Of a stretch of DNA of 64,000 nt, positions 1-14,000 are shown in pieces. The DNA lies in IMG/VR virus record IMGVR_UViG_3300028591_000013, positions 1-64,000 of that record, one strand, 5' to 3'. How positions within the stretch are numbered: position 1 is the first letter of the stretch; every line of letters begins with the position of its first letter. A model generated the notes under the pieces. That model was not told the origin of the DNA. It was given only the letters and a program-made list of their open reading frames with translations, and ran no database searches. This DNA is from a virus (lineage: Duplodnaviria > Caudoviricetes). The position numbers and the translations under genes are program-made.

Positions 1-1
1 T

Positions 2-568
2 GTAAATACCCACAGAAGCAATATAAAGCTGTCACAGGAGCTAGAAATGGCTCAGAACAACATTGAAGCCTATTAGGGGTTATTAGATAGCTCCTAGTAG
101 GCTAATAATGTTTTATGGCTAGATATAAAAGATTTATAGAAACAGAACGATATTACGTTACATAAGTTGGACAGTGTTATGAAAAAATTAAAAATAAAAC
201 CAAAAACTGTTTCAACTGCTGCAACGCAATCTCAGGTTTTAACCGTTAATGATAGTAAGGGGGTAGGAGGTGACTTATCAGTTATTCTTAAAGATACTAC
301 TTATACAGATAGTATAAACTACAATGATCTTACTACCGTCTACTATACTATAGGTAAAGATACAGTGAATGTCGGTCTTAAAGTAGAGAACGACATGTAT
401 TTTTATACCTATACTACTAGAGAGTATAAAAATAAAGGAAAGAACTTTATATAGCGACTATTCACATGGGACTGGAAGAAAGAGAATAAGACAAAGTACG
501 AATGGTATAACACCAACGATCTCTTCAGTTGTACTAATGTGAGAGTCGTTGAATCAACAAAGAAATAA
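2..568 (+). CDS. Putative spanin-like/lysis-region protein (5' partial; TAG=Gln)
   Basis: Frame 2 is open from the window start to TAA at 566-568 if TAGs are read through (…AQNNIEAYQGLLDSSQQANNVL…IQRLFTWDWKK…). Coiled-coil N-part. Function inferred from crAss synteny only. Confidence 0.55.
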
Positions 569-569
569 T

Positions 570-1313
570 ATGAGTAATACTTCACCACAGAAAACATCTC
601 TTAGAGAAATTATTGATGATATACTTCTCATAGCTAGAAATAGTAATATAAGCGAAAGCGAGGACTTCTCAAGAGCACACATAGCTGCCTGGATTGATCA
701 TTATCGCAGGATGCTGTGGAAGAAACACCTGGATGAGGTTGAAGCTAAGGAGTAGGCTGGAATGGATATTACCGATCTAATAGACGGTGAATTCTTATTT
801 TTGAAGGAGACTAAGCATAAGCTTATACCTGTAGAATCTGAGGATAAAGGTAGAAACTTGTTTACCAAGAAGACCGAAGATACTCTAGAAAACATATACG
901 GAAACAAATGGACTAGTATTCTTGCTGTGCACGACGAGGCTGGCGAGAATATTTAGTATATGAACCATATTCGCAGACACTATCAGTACTTCCGTAAATA
1001 TACATTTGGGGAACTGACTGCATACTATATGGATGATAAGCACGTATATGTACAAGGTTTACAGGATCAAGGGCTCCTTGATTATATATACGTTCTAGCT
1101 GTATATGAGAAGCCGGAAGATGACGCAGACGAAGATGGCGCAGAAGATCCAGACGAGGATGATATATAGATTCCTACATGGATGGTTCCTGATATCAAAA
1201 AGCTTATAATGAACAATGAGCTTGCATTTATGCTCAATAGACCTAGCGATGATGATAACAATTCTACGCTGGACGGTATAAAGCCTGACGGACCAAAGGA
1301 AGATGAGAAGTAA
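570..1313 (+). CDS. Tail ring (tubular) protein, 247 aa (TAG=Gln)
   Basis: ATG 570; fragments 549-755, 762-956 and 960-1169 share a frame joined by TAG; TAA at 1311. Fits crAss order ring-IHF-ring-muzzle. Confidence 0.7.
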
Positions 1314-1746
1314 ACAATCGCTAACGTTTAGAGACATGTATCGTACAATGCCCGTAGAGGTTGATTACAGCCTCTACAAGCGCATTTTAGACGAGATGTG
1401 TAAAGTTATTCTAGAATACGTGTTAGAGCGCTCAGACGGCTTTAAAATGCCTTATGGGCTAGGTTTTATTTAGGTGGGTAAATATAGACCCAAGACGCTT
1501 ACTCCAGATTCGTTATCTGTGGATTATAAAGCGAGTAAAGAATATGATAAACGCATCTATCACTTGAATGAACATTCTGATGGGTACAAATATAGACTAT
1601 ACTGGTCTAAGATACCAAGAACGTTCCCCGATAGATACAAGTATCAGTTATGTTTAGTAAGATAGAATAAACGCAGATTAGCTCAACTAATATTTAATAA
1701 ACACGATTATATAGATATAAATGATATACAAATATACAAAGTGTGA
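1303..1746 (+). CDS. IHF/HU-like crAss DNA-binding protein, 147 aa (TAG=Gln)
   Basis: MRSKQSLTFRDMY…GFKMPYGLGFIQVGKYRP…HLNEHSDGYKYRLYWSK; two in-frame TAG; TGA at 1744. Confidence 0.7.
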
Positions 1747-2677
1747 ATCAGTCATAGCAAAAATCATGGCTGATTTGGATTCCACAGAAGCGAAACAACG
1801 TACTACAGATATACGAGAGTGGATTTTTGAAGCCGTGGAAAAGATTGGTGCTCCTATGTAGTATATCACAAGAGAATCTGGGACAGATGATTTACCTATT
1901 CTAAAGATACAAGACTACTAGGTTCCTATCCCAGAAGATTTAGTGTCTCTGGATGGTGTAGCATATAGTAAGGACGGAATACATTGGTAGCCGATGAGTA
2001 CAATGACGAGGATATTTAAGTCTAAGCAACACCCTCATCCGCACCCACATCCCACAGCTACTGTTATGCATGATCCAGCTAACTTGGCAATATAGGAACC
2101 TGCTATTATACCAGATCCTATGCCGATGCCGCCTCCTCCACATCAACCTATGGAGTATAAGTTGCCTACTTCATAGCATCAATTGTATATGTACAATGGA
2201 ATGAGGTATGCTGAGCGGATGTTGCCAGATATGTTAAACAAACCTGAGTATTTTATTAAACCGGGTTGGATTGTAACAAATAAGAGACACGGATTTATAA
2301 AGCTTTCGTACAAAGCAATAGCTGTAGATGAGAGAGGTTATCCTCTTATTCCAGACCTCCCTTCATTCTAGGAAGCAGTTTACTGGTATGTTGTAATGAA
2401 GCTTACATTCCCTAAGTTTATGAGCGGTAAGCTTACTACTAGTAGTTCTAAGTACGCATAGAAGTATGCACAACAGACATACTACTATACACAACAGCAG
2501 TGGAACTTTTATAGAAATCAGGCGTACGCTGAATGTATGATGCCGACACCTGATGATATGCAGAATATAAAGAATGATTGGAATAAGCTTATCCCTGATT
2601 GGGATGGAGATGATACATTCTTTAAGAATATTGGAAAAGAACAATTAACTTATAACGACTACTATTATGGTTACTAA
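1721..2677 (+). CDS. Tail ring (tubular) protein, 318 aa (TAG=Gln)
   Basis: MIYKYTKCESVIAKIMADLD…IKLSYKAIAVDERGYPLIPDLPSFQEAVYWYVVMKL; TAA at 2675; lies directly upstream of the muzzle gene. Confidence 0.75.
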
Positions 2678-5600
2678 TGAGAACAATTCCTATATAAACT
2701 CGTTTACGAAGGGAATGAATTCTGACACCGCATTTGACCAAATAGACAACGCGCAATACATATATGGTCAGAACATTAGAATTACTAAGAATCAACTCCT
2801 TAGTAGTTCTGGTGACTATTCTTCTGTGCACGAAGGAATTGTTACTCCTGTACCCAGTGGCGTCAGTATAGATTCTCTCGGTACTATATCAAATAATCAA
2901 CGAATAATTGCAGTATGTTCTGTAGATCAGTTAGCTATTGTTGTTACTACAAATGATAGCGACTTACACGTATGGAAATTTACTGTTGACGAAGTTAACA
3001 ATACATGCAACGAATTTAAGGAGGTTTGGTTTGCAAACGGTGTATGGGAAGGAAATGCGCCAGGGAAGATATCAGCTGTATTATATAAAGAGCTTGAAAA
3101 CGTAATAAAACTATATATAGCTACTGGTAAAGACCCTATTATAAGTTTAAGAGTTGACGATGAACAGGATCATTCTTATATAACAAACGGAACTCCTGTA
3201 CCTATTGATAGTCTTATAAATAATAGAGAGATACCAGACAAGAGAGTGGTTATAACAGATATTATATCTGGAAGACTTACAACATAGTAGGTATAGTACA
3301 CATATAGATATTACAATAAATATGGTAATACCACTCAATTAGCTCCTCTAACTAATAAGATATAGGTTATTGATTCGTCTAGATCAAAAGAGACAGGTAA
3401 TGCTGAAAACACAGAAACGTCCGTTGGATTATCGTTGTCGATAGATATGTCCGGGTATTCTAGCAGATATAAAAAAATACAAGTATATAGACTATCTTAT
3501 ATAACACCCGGACATGATGCAGAAGTATCTTTGATATACGATGGAGATATAAAAAGCCAAAACAATTCTTTTGTATTAAACGATATTGGTATAGACCCTC
3601 TGCAAAAACTTTCAATGGAGGAGTTTGCTGCAATGTCCGGTCTTATACTTATTCCACAAACAATAGAACAGAACTAGGAATATATGTTTTGTGGAAATGT
3701 TACAGACGATACAATACTGAAAAACGTAAGCCTTGGTACAGCTGGGTCAATAAGTGAAATAACAGCAACTGTTGTATTATCAGATAAAATAGATGGAGAT
3801 ATACCTGATCCCGGGAAACACTATTATAAAGATGAATATAGTACTTTCTCCGATGGTTCTTCCGTATTGAGTTATTTAACAGAACGTGGAGTAAATCCTT
3901 AGATTGTAAAAGCTTCCTACAATGATATGATTACTTCTAGTCTCTTAAGATCTTTACGACGCGGAGAGAAGTATAAATACGCATTAGTATTTTATGACAA
4001 TAAAGGAAGACGAACAGATGTAATAAGCCTAGATGAAAAAACTATTTCTGATTATAACACATCTCGTCCTTTTGAATGTGTAAACGGAAAATTATTGGCC
4101 CACCCAATTGGGGTAAAAATACAACTTCCGACACTTACCGGTGATCGAGATGCTATAAGTAGTATTGTAGGTTGCTAGGTTATTCGTAGATCTTCATCCG
4201 AAGTATATCAAAAAACATTGCTATAGGTTACTTTAGCTAGACCAATATCTCAAGCAGTGCTCGATACAAATATACAAGAAATATCTGATGCAGATGATAG
4301 TGTAACTAAGAAATCTCCTTTCTATCCTAGTGGATTTATGTCTGTTAACGGGTTGTATATTTTTCCGTCGTATTATTACAAGTTAGGAATACGTACTCCA
4401 AGTGGGGAAGAATTAGGATATTATGCTGATCTTAGAGCAAGAACACGAAATCATAAGTTGTATTAGATTTTTTCGTCTGAAATAGATTTTAGAAGAAACG
4501 ATGTATTATCTAAAGTAAATACATCTGATACAAGTATAGAAGAAATGTTATATGTATCTTCTGTTTTTGCTAAATATACAAACAGTACAAAAGATACTAC
4601 GTATGACGGAACACTCCCAGGCTCAATGACGGCAAACCCAAACTCTTCGTATTATACTCAAGAAGAAACGGTAAGAACATACAATGTTGGAGTTGTCCGT
4701 GGTGAAGGAAACATGTTCGCTGTTGGTTCGTTGAGTACTTCTGCTCAAAGCGTGTTACTTAGTGTAGATGATCCAAATGTAACAGATGTGCAATTTATGA
4801 GACTTGAACCAGATAGTCTAGTCGCAGGACCTGTTATGAGCATTTCTGATAATGTAATGTCACATTCTAGTGTAACGGACTTTATAAACGAAGCAGCAAT
4901 ATTAAATAGGTCTATAGTAATAAAAGTAGATCTTCAATATCAACCTACTACGTTAACAGTAACTACTAGAATACCTCCTGTTGATTATGATTCGCAAGAA
5001 GGTACAATAGGAATAAATAGACTTTATGTAGAAAAACTTTCGTCTGACAAAAAACAGGCAAGGCATTGGATATTTAACTTCTATAAAACAAACGGTGGAT
5101 CGTTCTCTGGATTTGGTACGTAGAATGTAAATCAAATAAAAGATGTTAAAATACCAGAATGGAATTCTGCGTTTAGCGAAGTACAGAGAAATGAGGATCA
5201 GGATATATATACCGCTATAAAGAAGTATAAGAGTTTTACTACAAATATTGACTCCTACGTATACAACAATTGGGTTTCATTCGCAAAATATGATTTAAGA
5301 CCAGGAGAAGAAGATTAGGCTAATATGGACTATACTAGAGAAGGCGGCAATGGTCCAAATTCAGCAGAGATGCACGGTAGAACAAAAAGATATAGAAACT
5401 GGTTACAAGCTCCTGTATATCCAATGACACAAGATAATCAGGCTGTAAAAATAGGATATATAGGCGCAGGACCGTCTTGTTTCTTACTTACTACTGAGAA
5501 CGAAACCGGTTTATTCCCATTGAATTCTAATGCCTTCTATACTTCTATATGTAATATAACTCACGAAGCAAAGACAAGTGACGTTCAATCTGATGAATTC

Positions 5601-7037
5601 ACTCAGTATTATGGGTTTGGAAACTATTTCAATGTGTCGTATAATGCAAACGGCACGCCAAAAGATAATACAACACTAACCGTATTTGACGGAGATGTTT
5701 ATATTACTCCACACGAGTTAGGAACTATGTATAAAGCATATGATTTTAACTCTATGGATACACTTCAGTCTACACAGGTTGTAAACTACATTCCTCTTGA
5801 ATCAAAAGTAAATACTTACTTTGACTACGGAATGAATCTTATGAATACACAGAGCGAAAATCTGTTATATGAACCTGGGCAAATAGATGGCGTTACTACA
5901 CAAGATCGCCCTGTTCATCAGTATAACATGATATATTCTGATAACGACGCTTCTAATGACGTGTTCACATTAATAAGCACAGACAAAAACGAAACAAATA
6001 GTTTTAAGTAGCGTACTTATTATTCTGATTTGAAGACAAATGGTGAGTTTATAGACAACTTCCTTATATTCAAAGCAGCGTCTTTTATTGATGTAGACAG
6101 CAAATACGGACAAATAACAAACCTACTCACAGATAAGAACATGTTGTATTACTGGCAAGATCACGCATGCGGACGGTTCAGCGTTAATGAACGTTCTCTT
6201 GTGAATGATCAGAACAGCAACACTATAATGCTGGGATAGGCAGGCATATTATCACGTTATGATTATATAAGTACGAGATATGGAATGCGTCTTTATGATT
6301 TCTGTGCTAGAACAACTGAAGGAGGAGTGTTCTGGGTAGATATAAATAATAAAGCTATTGCGGCACTTGCAGAAAGTAGGGCAATAAATGTAGGAGAACA
6401 ACTAAATATTCAAAACTTAGTAAATCGATACATAACGGCAGATGTTCCGCATGTAGATTACGATTTACAAAACGACGAAGTGTTGTGTAAATGTTTAGGT
6501 TAGGACTAGATGGTGCTAAACATAAAGTATAATATCGGTACTTCTATATATACAAGACGTTATGATTTTATGTTATATATAAAGAATCACCTGTATGGTT
6601 TGACTGTAGACAACGAACATCAAAAACTTGATATAAAAAAGCATAACTATCTAGAACAAGCTACTTCGTATTTATATCCATTGGCTGTTAGTTTTATTGT
6701 AAACCCAATGGCATCTGTAACAAAAGTATTTGATTCTCAGCAGTTTATTCCAATTAAACGAGATGCTTTCACACAAGTAGATCATAGTGCATTCCTAGAA
6801 GGAGCGGTAATGTCGTTTGAAAGCGATATTATAAATAAAGAGTTCAGCGGCAATATGGAACCGTATACTGATAGGGAAGGTAATGTGATATATAATATAC
6901 CTAGATATATCACAGGAGATGGTTATGGAAACAGAATACGCGGTAAATGGCTAAGAGTAAATATAAAAAGCACAAATCCAACAGAATTCCTTACTATATC
7001 ACACATAATAACTAAATTCAGACAATCTTATAGTTGA
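2667..7037 (+). CDS. Muzzle / tail stabilization protein, 1456 aa (TAG=Gln)
   Basis: Ten ORF-track fragments in one frame, joined by TAG. N-term NSFTKGMNSD, internal RSLRRGEKYKYALVFYD, C-term NRIRGKWLRV, typical of crAss muzzle proteins. TGA at 7035. Confidence 0.85.
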
Positions 7038-7038
7038 T

Positions 7039-9102
7039 ATGAAAAGAAAGAATAAATTACCCAGATACTGGCTGGGAACAAGAATGCCTACTAGTTTAGG
7101 CTACCAACCCAACTATGGGATTGGAGGACAATAGATAAGTAGCACACTTGGATAGAATCTGTATCCTGAGATATAGACAACTAGATAGAATACTATTCCT
7201 AGTGCACTAAATAAGCTTCAAACAAATTCATCGTTTGCTTTAGAAACTTTAAAAAACTTAAAGAGTTTTGTACCAGCTGCAAATGCTGCTGTGAATACTG
7301 CAGCTTCTGGATTTGGAGCGTCTTTGGCATCAAGTGGAGTAAGAGATGTTTCTAACGTAATAAGAAATATAAATGCAATTGGACAAAAAGGGGTTGGACA
7401 GGCAGCAAGTAAAGTTGGATTAAATTCTTTAGGAGGTATTACTGCTGGTATAGGCACAGCATATGGTCTTGCTGACATGGGTATGCAATTTGCTGCAAAC
7501 AAAGACCATAGAAGTGCTGGTTAGATGCGCGATACATTGACTAAAAATATATACACAACAGACTTAGGTAATCAGTATACTAAATATGGTGGTGTAAATC
7601 TAGGAAATGAGCTCAAATATGCGAGAGCTTAGCGTGCAAGCCGAAACCTTAATTTTACAGCGTCTTCTATTGGAACGGGTATGTCGGCTGGAGCATTGGC
7701 AGGAATGGCAGCAGGAAGTTCTTTTCCAGTAGTAGGAACAGCCATTGGAGCAGGAGCAGGAGCGCTTCTTGGAGGATTGGCATATCTTGCTGGATTCGGA
7801 GATACAGAAGAAGAAACAAGGCAAGCTGCTCAAGATATTACTGATGCTACAACAATGGAAGGACGTATGTCGGAATCTATTGCTAAAAGTAAAGACGCAC
7901 AATAGGGTTTTTATGGTAGAACTAAATCTGGTAGTCTTGGTGCAGCTAATGGAAAACGTCCAATACACGCTAGAAACGGATACGGAAACGCAATGGTTTC
8001 TCATGGAGAAGTTATAGGAAATCTTAATGAAGGTTGGGCTTATAGAGAACCAGGAGTTCCTGATAATAATGATACATTAAAGAGGCATATAGCCAAAGAT
8101 GATTTTGTTATAAGTAATAAATATGGCCTATCTGATTATGCAGCATCTACTGGAGATCTTGTAGGCGCTTTATAGTTATAGGATATGTTAATGAAATATA
8201 ATAACGGAAAGGGATATAAATGCGGTAAACTTCCAAAATTTGAGGGAGGTTACTGGGATAGGGCATTATTGGCAATACCGAACATAGCACAAATATTGGC
8301 TGCTACGTAGCAATACAATAAAGACAAAAATATGCCCGTAGAAGCCCCTGCTGTGACACCGGATTATTCCTCTGCTAGAGATTAGGCATACGCAATACTA
8401 GGCGATATGATTCCTTCTAGACCTTACATGAATATGATAGACGACGAAGTTGCTAGAAACAAATATGCAATTAGCCGTATGCCAGGCATTGGAATGGGCG
8501 GAAGAGCTGTTTTAATGGATTCTGCTGATAAAACGGGTTTGAATGAAAAAACAAAGCAGCTGCTCAATATAGATGAACACAATAGAGCAAGAAGAGAGAC
8601 TGCTAGAAAATTACTGGCAAACACCAATGCTCACGCTGAAGATATGCGTATATAGACTACTACAGACCAGCTCAATAGGTATGCACGCGCCAACGCTGTT
8701 AAATATAATGCATTAGCACAAGACCTTAAGAACACAGTAACGCCGTTCGCGCAATGGTTTGGAGATTGGTGGAAGGATAATCAGTATCGAATAGCTAATA
8801 ATTAGAATGAACGAAAAATTAAGTTATTTGAAACTCAACAAGGTATAGATAGAGATTGGCTTAATTATCATTTAAACGGAGGCAATACAGCTGCTACATC
8901 GACACAACTTCCAAGTTATTTAAAATTAAATACGCCAACAATGACATTGTAGTCAAATCAACCAAAATATAGATTTAATGATATTTCTACATGGCCTGGG
9001 TATCCAAAAACTACTTTGTCAGAATTTACTTTACCGGAAAGCCTGTCGTGGTTACAATACAGAATACCAAACTAGTATAAATATATTAATCAATTTAGAT
9101 AA
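7039..9102 (+). CDS. Virion cargo/ejection protein, 687 aa, Gly/Ala-rich membrane-like segments (TAG=Gln)
   Basis: ATG 7039 to TAA 9100, only TAG interruptions seen; GAGAGALLGGLAYLAG hydrophobic stretch; follows the muzzle gene like crAss cargo genes. Confidence 0.7.
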
Positions 9103-9104
9103 TT

Positions 9105-11033
9105 ATGGCATTTTTAGGATACGAAAGGCCTATCGAATATACAGGACAGCAAATATTCGACCCAACAATGGCCAAAATGGTCCTAGATGCTTAGGACAAA
9201 TATTTTAATGCTGTTTATGCCGATTACCAGCAAGGTCTTGAAAATATGAAAGAATTCAAGAAGGAATACGGTGATTTTATTACTCCTATACTTGCTGATC
9301 AAGAATGGTATAATAATAATGTTACCGGTAGGGTTAGGAATTTTATTAATGATGCATATTCTAAAGGTATCGATTTAACTAGATCTGCTGAAGGTAGAGC
9401 TGCTATTGCACAGATGATCAATAGTATTGATGTCGGTAGCGTTGCTAAACTTAGAACTAGTGCTGAGAATGCTAAAGAGTATCTTAGAGAACGATCTAAA
9501 CTTGAGGCTGCCGGCCTGTATAATCCACTGCTAGAAAAATATGCAGGCAAAGGCATGGATACATTTAGTACTCTTGGTGGAGATGGTATATGGGGTAGAA
9601 TGAGTCCTACACGTATTACTGATATGGCTACATTTGGCAATCCTTATTTTGAGGGAATGAAACCAAATGTACACAGTGAAAGTAAAAACGGAATTGATTT
9701 CAGTGTTGAAGAAATCAACGAACAAGATCTACGAAATGTGGCGGACGCGCACTTCAACGAACTAGTATCTACTCCACAAGGCTAGCTTATGTATAAATAC
9801 TATAGAGATCTTGCTGGAGGAGACAATAATCCAAATGCAGACGCAATTGCACGCGAAAGGTTTAATAATGCTGTTGTAGATGGCCAACGTAGACGTATAT
9901 ATAGAAAAGACGACTATGATGATAATTACTATAAGGCCCAAAACTTAGCATTATAGCGAGCATCACAACAACTTCAAAGAGATAAGTTTAATTGGGACAA
10001 AGCTATGGATTTATTACAGCTTGGCGTAGATGAAAACGGCAACCCTCTTCCTAGTGCAGGCGGATATGGATTAGGAGGCAATAAGACGTTGGCTAGAGGA
10101 GCTGCGGATCAACTGGCCATTACACAAGATAAACAGCGTGCAGAGTACACAAATCAAATAAAAGCTGAAATAGACGCTAATAAAAAACAAGCGGATTCTG
10201 CATATGGTAAAATGTCGCCTGGATTTAAGTAGATAGCTAATAAATATAAGAAATACATTGAAGTATTGTCCGATAAATCTTCTTCTAAAGATAAAACTGT
10301 AGAAGCCGCTAATTTTATTGCAAAATGGCAAGGAAACAGCAACAAAGAGTTTTAGGAATGGAAATAGCAATATGAAAAGTCTTTACAAAATAAAAACTTG
10401 CAATATTATGACCAATTAACAGGTGCTAATAAATTTGGAGAAGAACAGGACTAGCGTATAACACTATCTAACGCACATTAGATATTCCAAAAAGCTAATG
10501 TAGTTCCTAACTTGACTACGTCACAAAAATCTGCACTAAATACAGCACTTAATTTAGTAGAATCAGATGATGGCTTGATTGGAACAGTAACACCTGATAC
10601 AGAATATTCTCCTGTAACAGAGGCCAGATTTACTGGAAACAGAATGTATAGATCGAATTCATTTATATCTAAGATAAATAGAATCATCAAAAACAAAAAT
10701 TATACTGTTTCCGATGAAGATGTTTCTGGAAGAAATTATGCATCTGCAGCATCTAGAAGTGGAGTAAGATATGACATAATACAACAAACCGGTACTTTCA
10801 GAGGTGAAGAGTTCGATTAGTTATTAGGAAATATATCTGATGAAAATCTTAAAGAATATGGAATAGAGAGAGTAGGAGACAATGGATATAAAATTCCTAT
10901 TTCTACTAGATTTTCTAAGGGAAATCAATCTTGGGCAGATGTAAATACAGAAAGCCACAGAAAGAATAAATCAGTAAGCGAAGAAGCCGCAATAGAACAA
11001 GCAAGGTCACTACTTCGCAAATATGGTAGATAA
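9105..11033 (+). CDS. Putative virion cargo protein, 642 aa (TAG=Gln)
   Basis: ATG 9105; fragments 9246, 10005 and 10512 in the same frame; TAA at 11031. Confidence 0.7.
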
Positions 11034-11044
11034 ATAATATAATT

Positions 11045-14000
11045 ATGCCAAAGAGAACTATAAAAAACAAACAAAAGTACTCATTGGATCAAGAAACACG
11101 TCGAGGGATGGAGCTACTTCGTCACCTCGACGATGTTATTGATCTTGGTACAGCGATATAGTCGCACGATCTGGAAATGATTTCCAAGATAGATTCTGAT
11201 GCCGTTAAACAAAGGCGTCAGAATACCGAAGAGTATGAATGGGAAGAGCAAAAGGAGAGAGAAGCTAAAGATTCAAATGACGTAAAACAATCAATAGAAG
11301 ATTCTAGAAATTCTATTCTTGGTTAGCTAGCAGAAGCATCTTCTCCGTCTGGAGGTATTGGGAATGAAGCAGATGCGCAAAATATAGTAGCTGCAGATGC
11401 AATAGGTATAGCTTATGGGCACATACAAGCAAAAGATATCCCAGGAATGCCCGAAACCTATAGAATGTCTGATTTTCTAAAAGATTAGTGGAATTCGTTC
11501 TTTGGAGAAATGAACACTCTTCAAGCAGAAGATGCTAAAGGATATTAGGTTCGTTCTCAAAATGATAAGAATCTCATAAAAGACTATCTCAATTCATTAG
11601 ATACGCTTGATGAAATAGATAATATCAATGGGGAGCTTGAACAGATAAATAATGCTTTATAGCAAGGTGGCTTATCTGTAGAAAATAGACAATCTTTGAG
11701 AAGTAGAACAAGTTCTCTTATTTAGTAGAGAAATATTTTATAGGCAGAATATGAAAGTCTTGCGCCAAATAGAAAATTACTTGAAGATACTGTAAATCAA
11801 TCTGGTGTAGGAGCAGCTTGGGACGATTTAATGTCCGGCAATGGTATATTTGGCGGTAACTGGGCAAATCCTGCAGGTAAAGTTACTGCAGCTCACGATG
11901 AACTTAATGATGCCCGTAGATTTATATACGACCTTGGAAAAGGTACCAGAAACAGGAAGGAAACCCGTTAGATGCTTAATAGGGCTCTTCAAGAATACGA
12001 CAACCTTAATGAAGGGTGGAACGCTGTAATAGAAGAGAATGAGCGCGATGCTAAATATCACAAAGATAAGATATCCAACTGGTTCCAAACAAGAGCAGAT
12101 AGAACTGGCATAAATTTTACAGATCCTGATACTTATTTGTTTAAGATGCCAGGCATCATCGGAGGTTCCTCTAGTTCTTATATGAAGTAGGTACCTGCAA
12201 TGCTTTCTTCTATATTAGGTTATGCTGCAGCTAATGTTGCTACGGGTGGCGGAGCATTACTTGCTACTGCTCTCGGCGCAGCAGGATCTTTCGCCATGAA
12301 CCGTGCGGCAGGTATATCTGAAAACAATGCAGAAGTTGCTTTAGCTACTAAAGAGAAGATAAAAGCAAAGACAGACCTTACTGACGAAGATATAGATAAA
12401 CTTATTGCTGGTAAGTTAGACGATCCTAAGAAACTTCGTACAATAACAGAAAACATAAAAGACGTAGAAAATCTGTTCAATCAAGATATGGCTGCTACTA
12501 CATGGGATGCTGCTATAGATGCAGCTCTTGGCGCAGTACCGGTAGGAGCTATTGCAAAGATGAATAGATTTGTACGTGGTACAAAAGCTTGGAGAAAGGC
12601 CGTAACAAATCCTACTATGAAGAAGATTCTCCGTAGTAAGTTTGGAGAAGACATAGTAAAAGGATGGGAGGCTGGAAGTGTAGCTAGTCCTTTAGTTGGT
12701 GTTGGGGCAGCAGCCGCAAACGCTACTGTAGGCAGGGCAGTTAAGAATGGAGCAGCAGGTCTTAAAAATCTTGTAGTTAGAGCTACAGATAATACATTAT
12801 ATGGAGCTCTTGCACACGATATGGCTAAAGAGATGTCTTTACTTGGTAAGACTGCAAAAGCACTAGATCTTGATAAAATAGCTGTAAACCGGGCTATGAA
12901 AAAGGGTCTTGGCGCGCAATACATGAAAGACATTGCCGGCAAGGTAATCAAATCTACTATTGCAGAAGGTATTGAGGAAGGTAAATAGCACGTTAACGCA
13001 GAAGCTTATAAGAATTCTTATCAGAATGACCCAGAGTTAAATAGTACGCTCGATATAGCTCTTACAGATGCACTAAACGGACTCACAATGGGCTCGTATG
13101 TGCTCGGCATTCCTTTGGATGGACTTGGTATAATAAATATAAAAGACCAAGATCTTTTACAAGAAATCAAAGGAGGTATGCTCGGTGGTTGGGGACAAAC
13201 AGCAATGGTAAATGTTGCTCAGAATATTGTTCCTTATATTAGTCAGCAGAAAGCTGCTGATATTATTACAGAACAGATATTTAATAACAAGCTGTCTTCT
13301 ACTGCGTAGAGAGACCAATATAGACAATGGTTAAGCAAAGGTTTATTTAAGCCTGGGCATCAAGATATACTCAATTCGTTTGATAGGCTTCGTAAAATAA
13401 ACGAAGAATATCAATAGACAAACGGATAGGTGGGTATAGCTCCGCAACAAATAGATGAGGCTCAGTAGAAATATGAACGCATAATAAGCTTAGCAAAAGA
13501 TCCTTTAATGCGTTAGTCTGCAGAAGACCAAGGAATTAACGTAAGAACAAAAAATAATCCGCTTACGTGGAAATCCAATAGTCAGTATCACGACTATGTT
13601 GCTACCATAGCCACAGCTATGGATAGAATATAGGAAATTGCGTAGAATAGAAATGAAGCTGCAGTAAATCTCAATTAGATAAAATAGCAAATACAAACAA
13701 ATCTTTCTATATCCGATGAAGGTTTGAGCGAGGTATTAAACGCATTACAATCTAATGAAGAATCAGACGATCTCATAAATCGTCAAAACGAAATAGAATC
13801 TGTAGGAAATACAGTAATGACTGAAGGATAGTCTGATTTTGAATATACTGACATTGTTGCACAACTAGCAGCGTTACTTACGTACAGAGATCAGATTGAA
13901 CAGGGATTAAAATTACAGCAAGATAATCCTTCTGCAAAGGTTCGTAGGGGTTTAAAAGGCCAACTAGATAAGCTAAATAAAGATATAGACGAATTAATAA

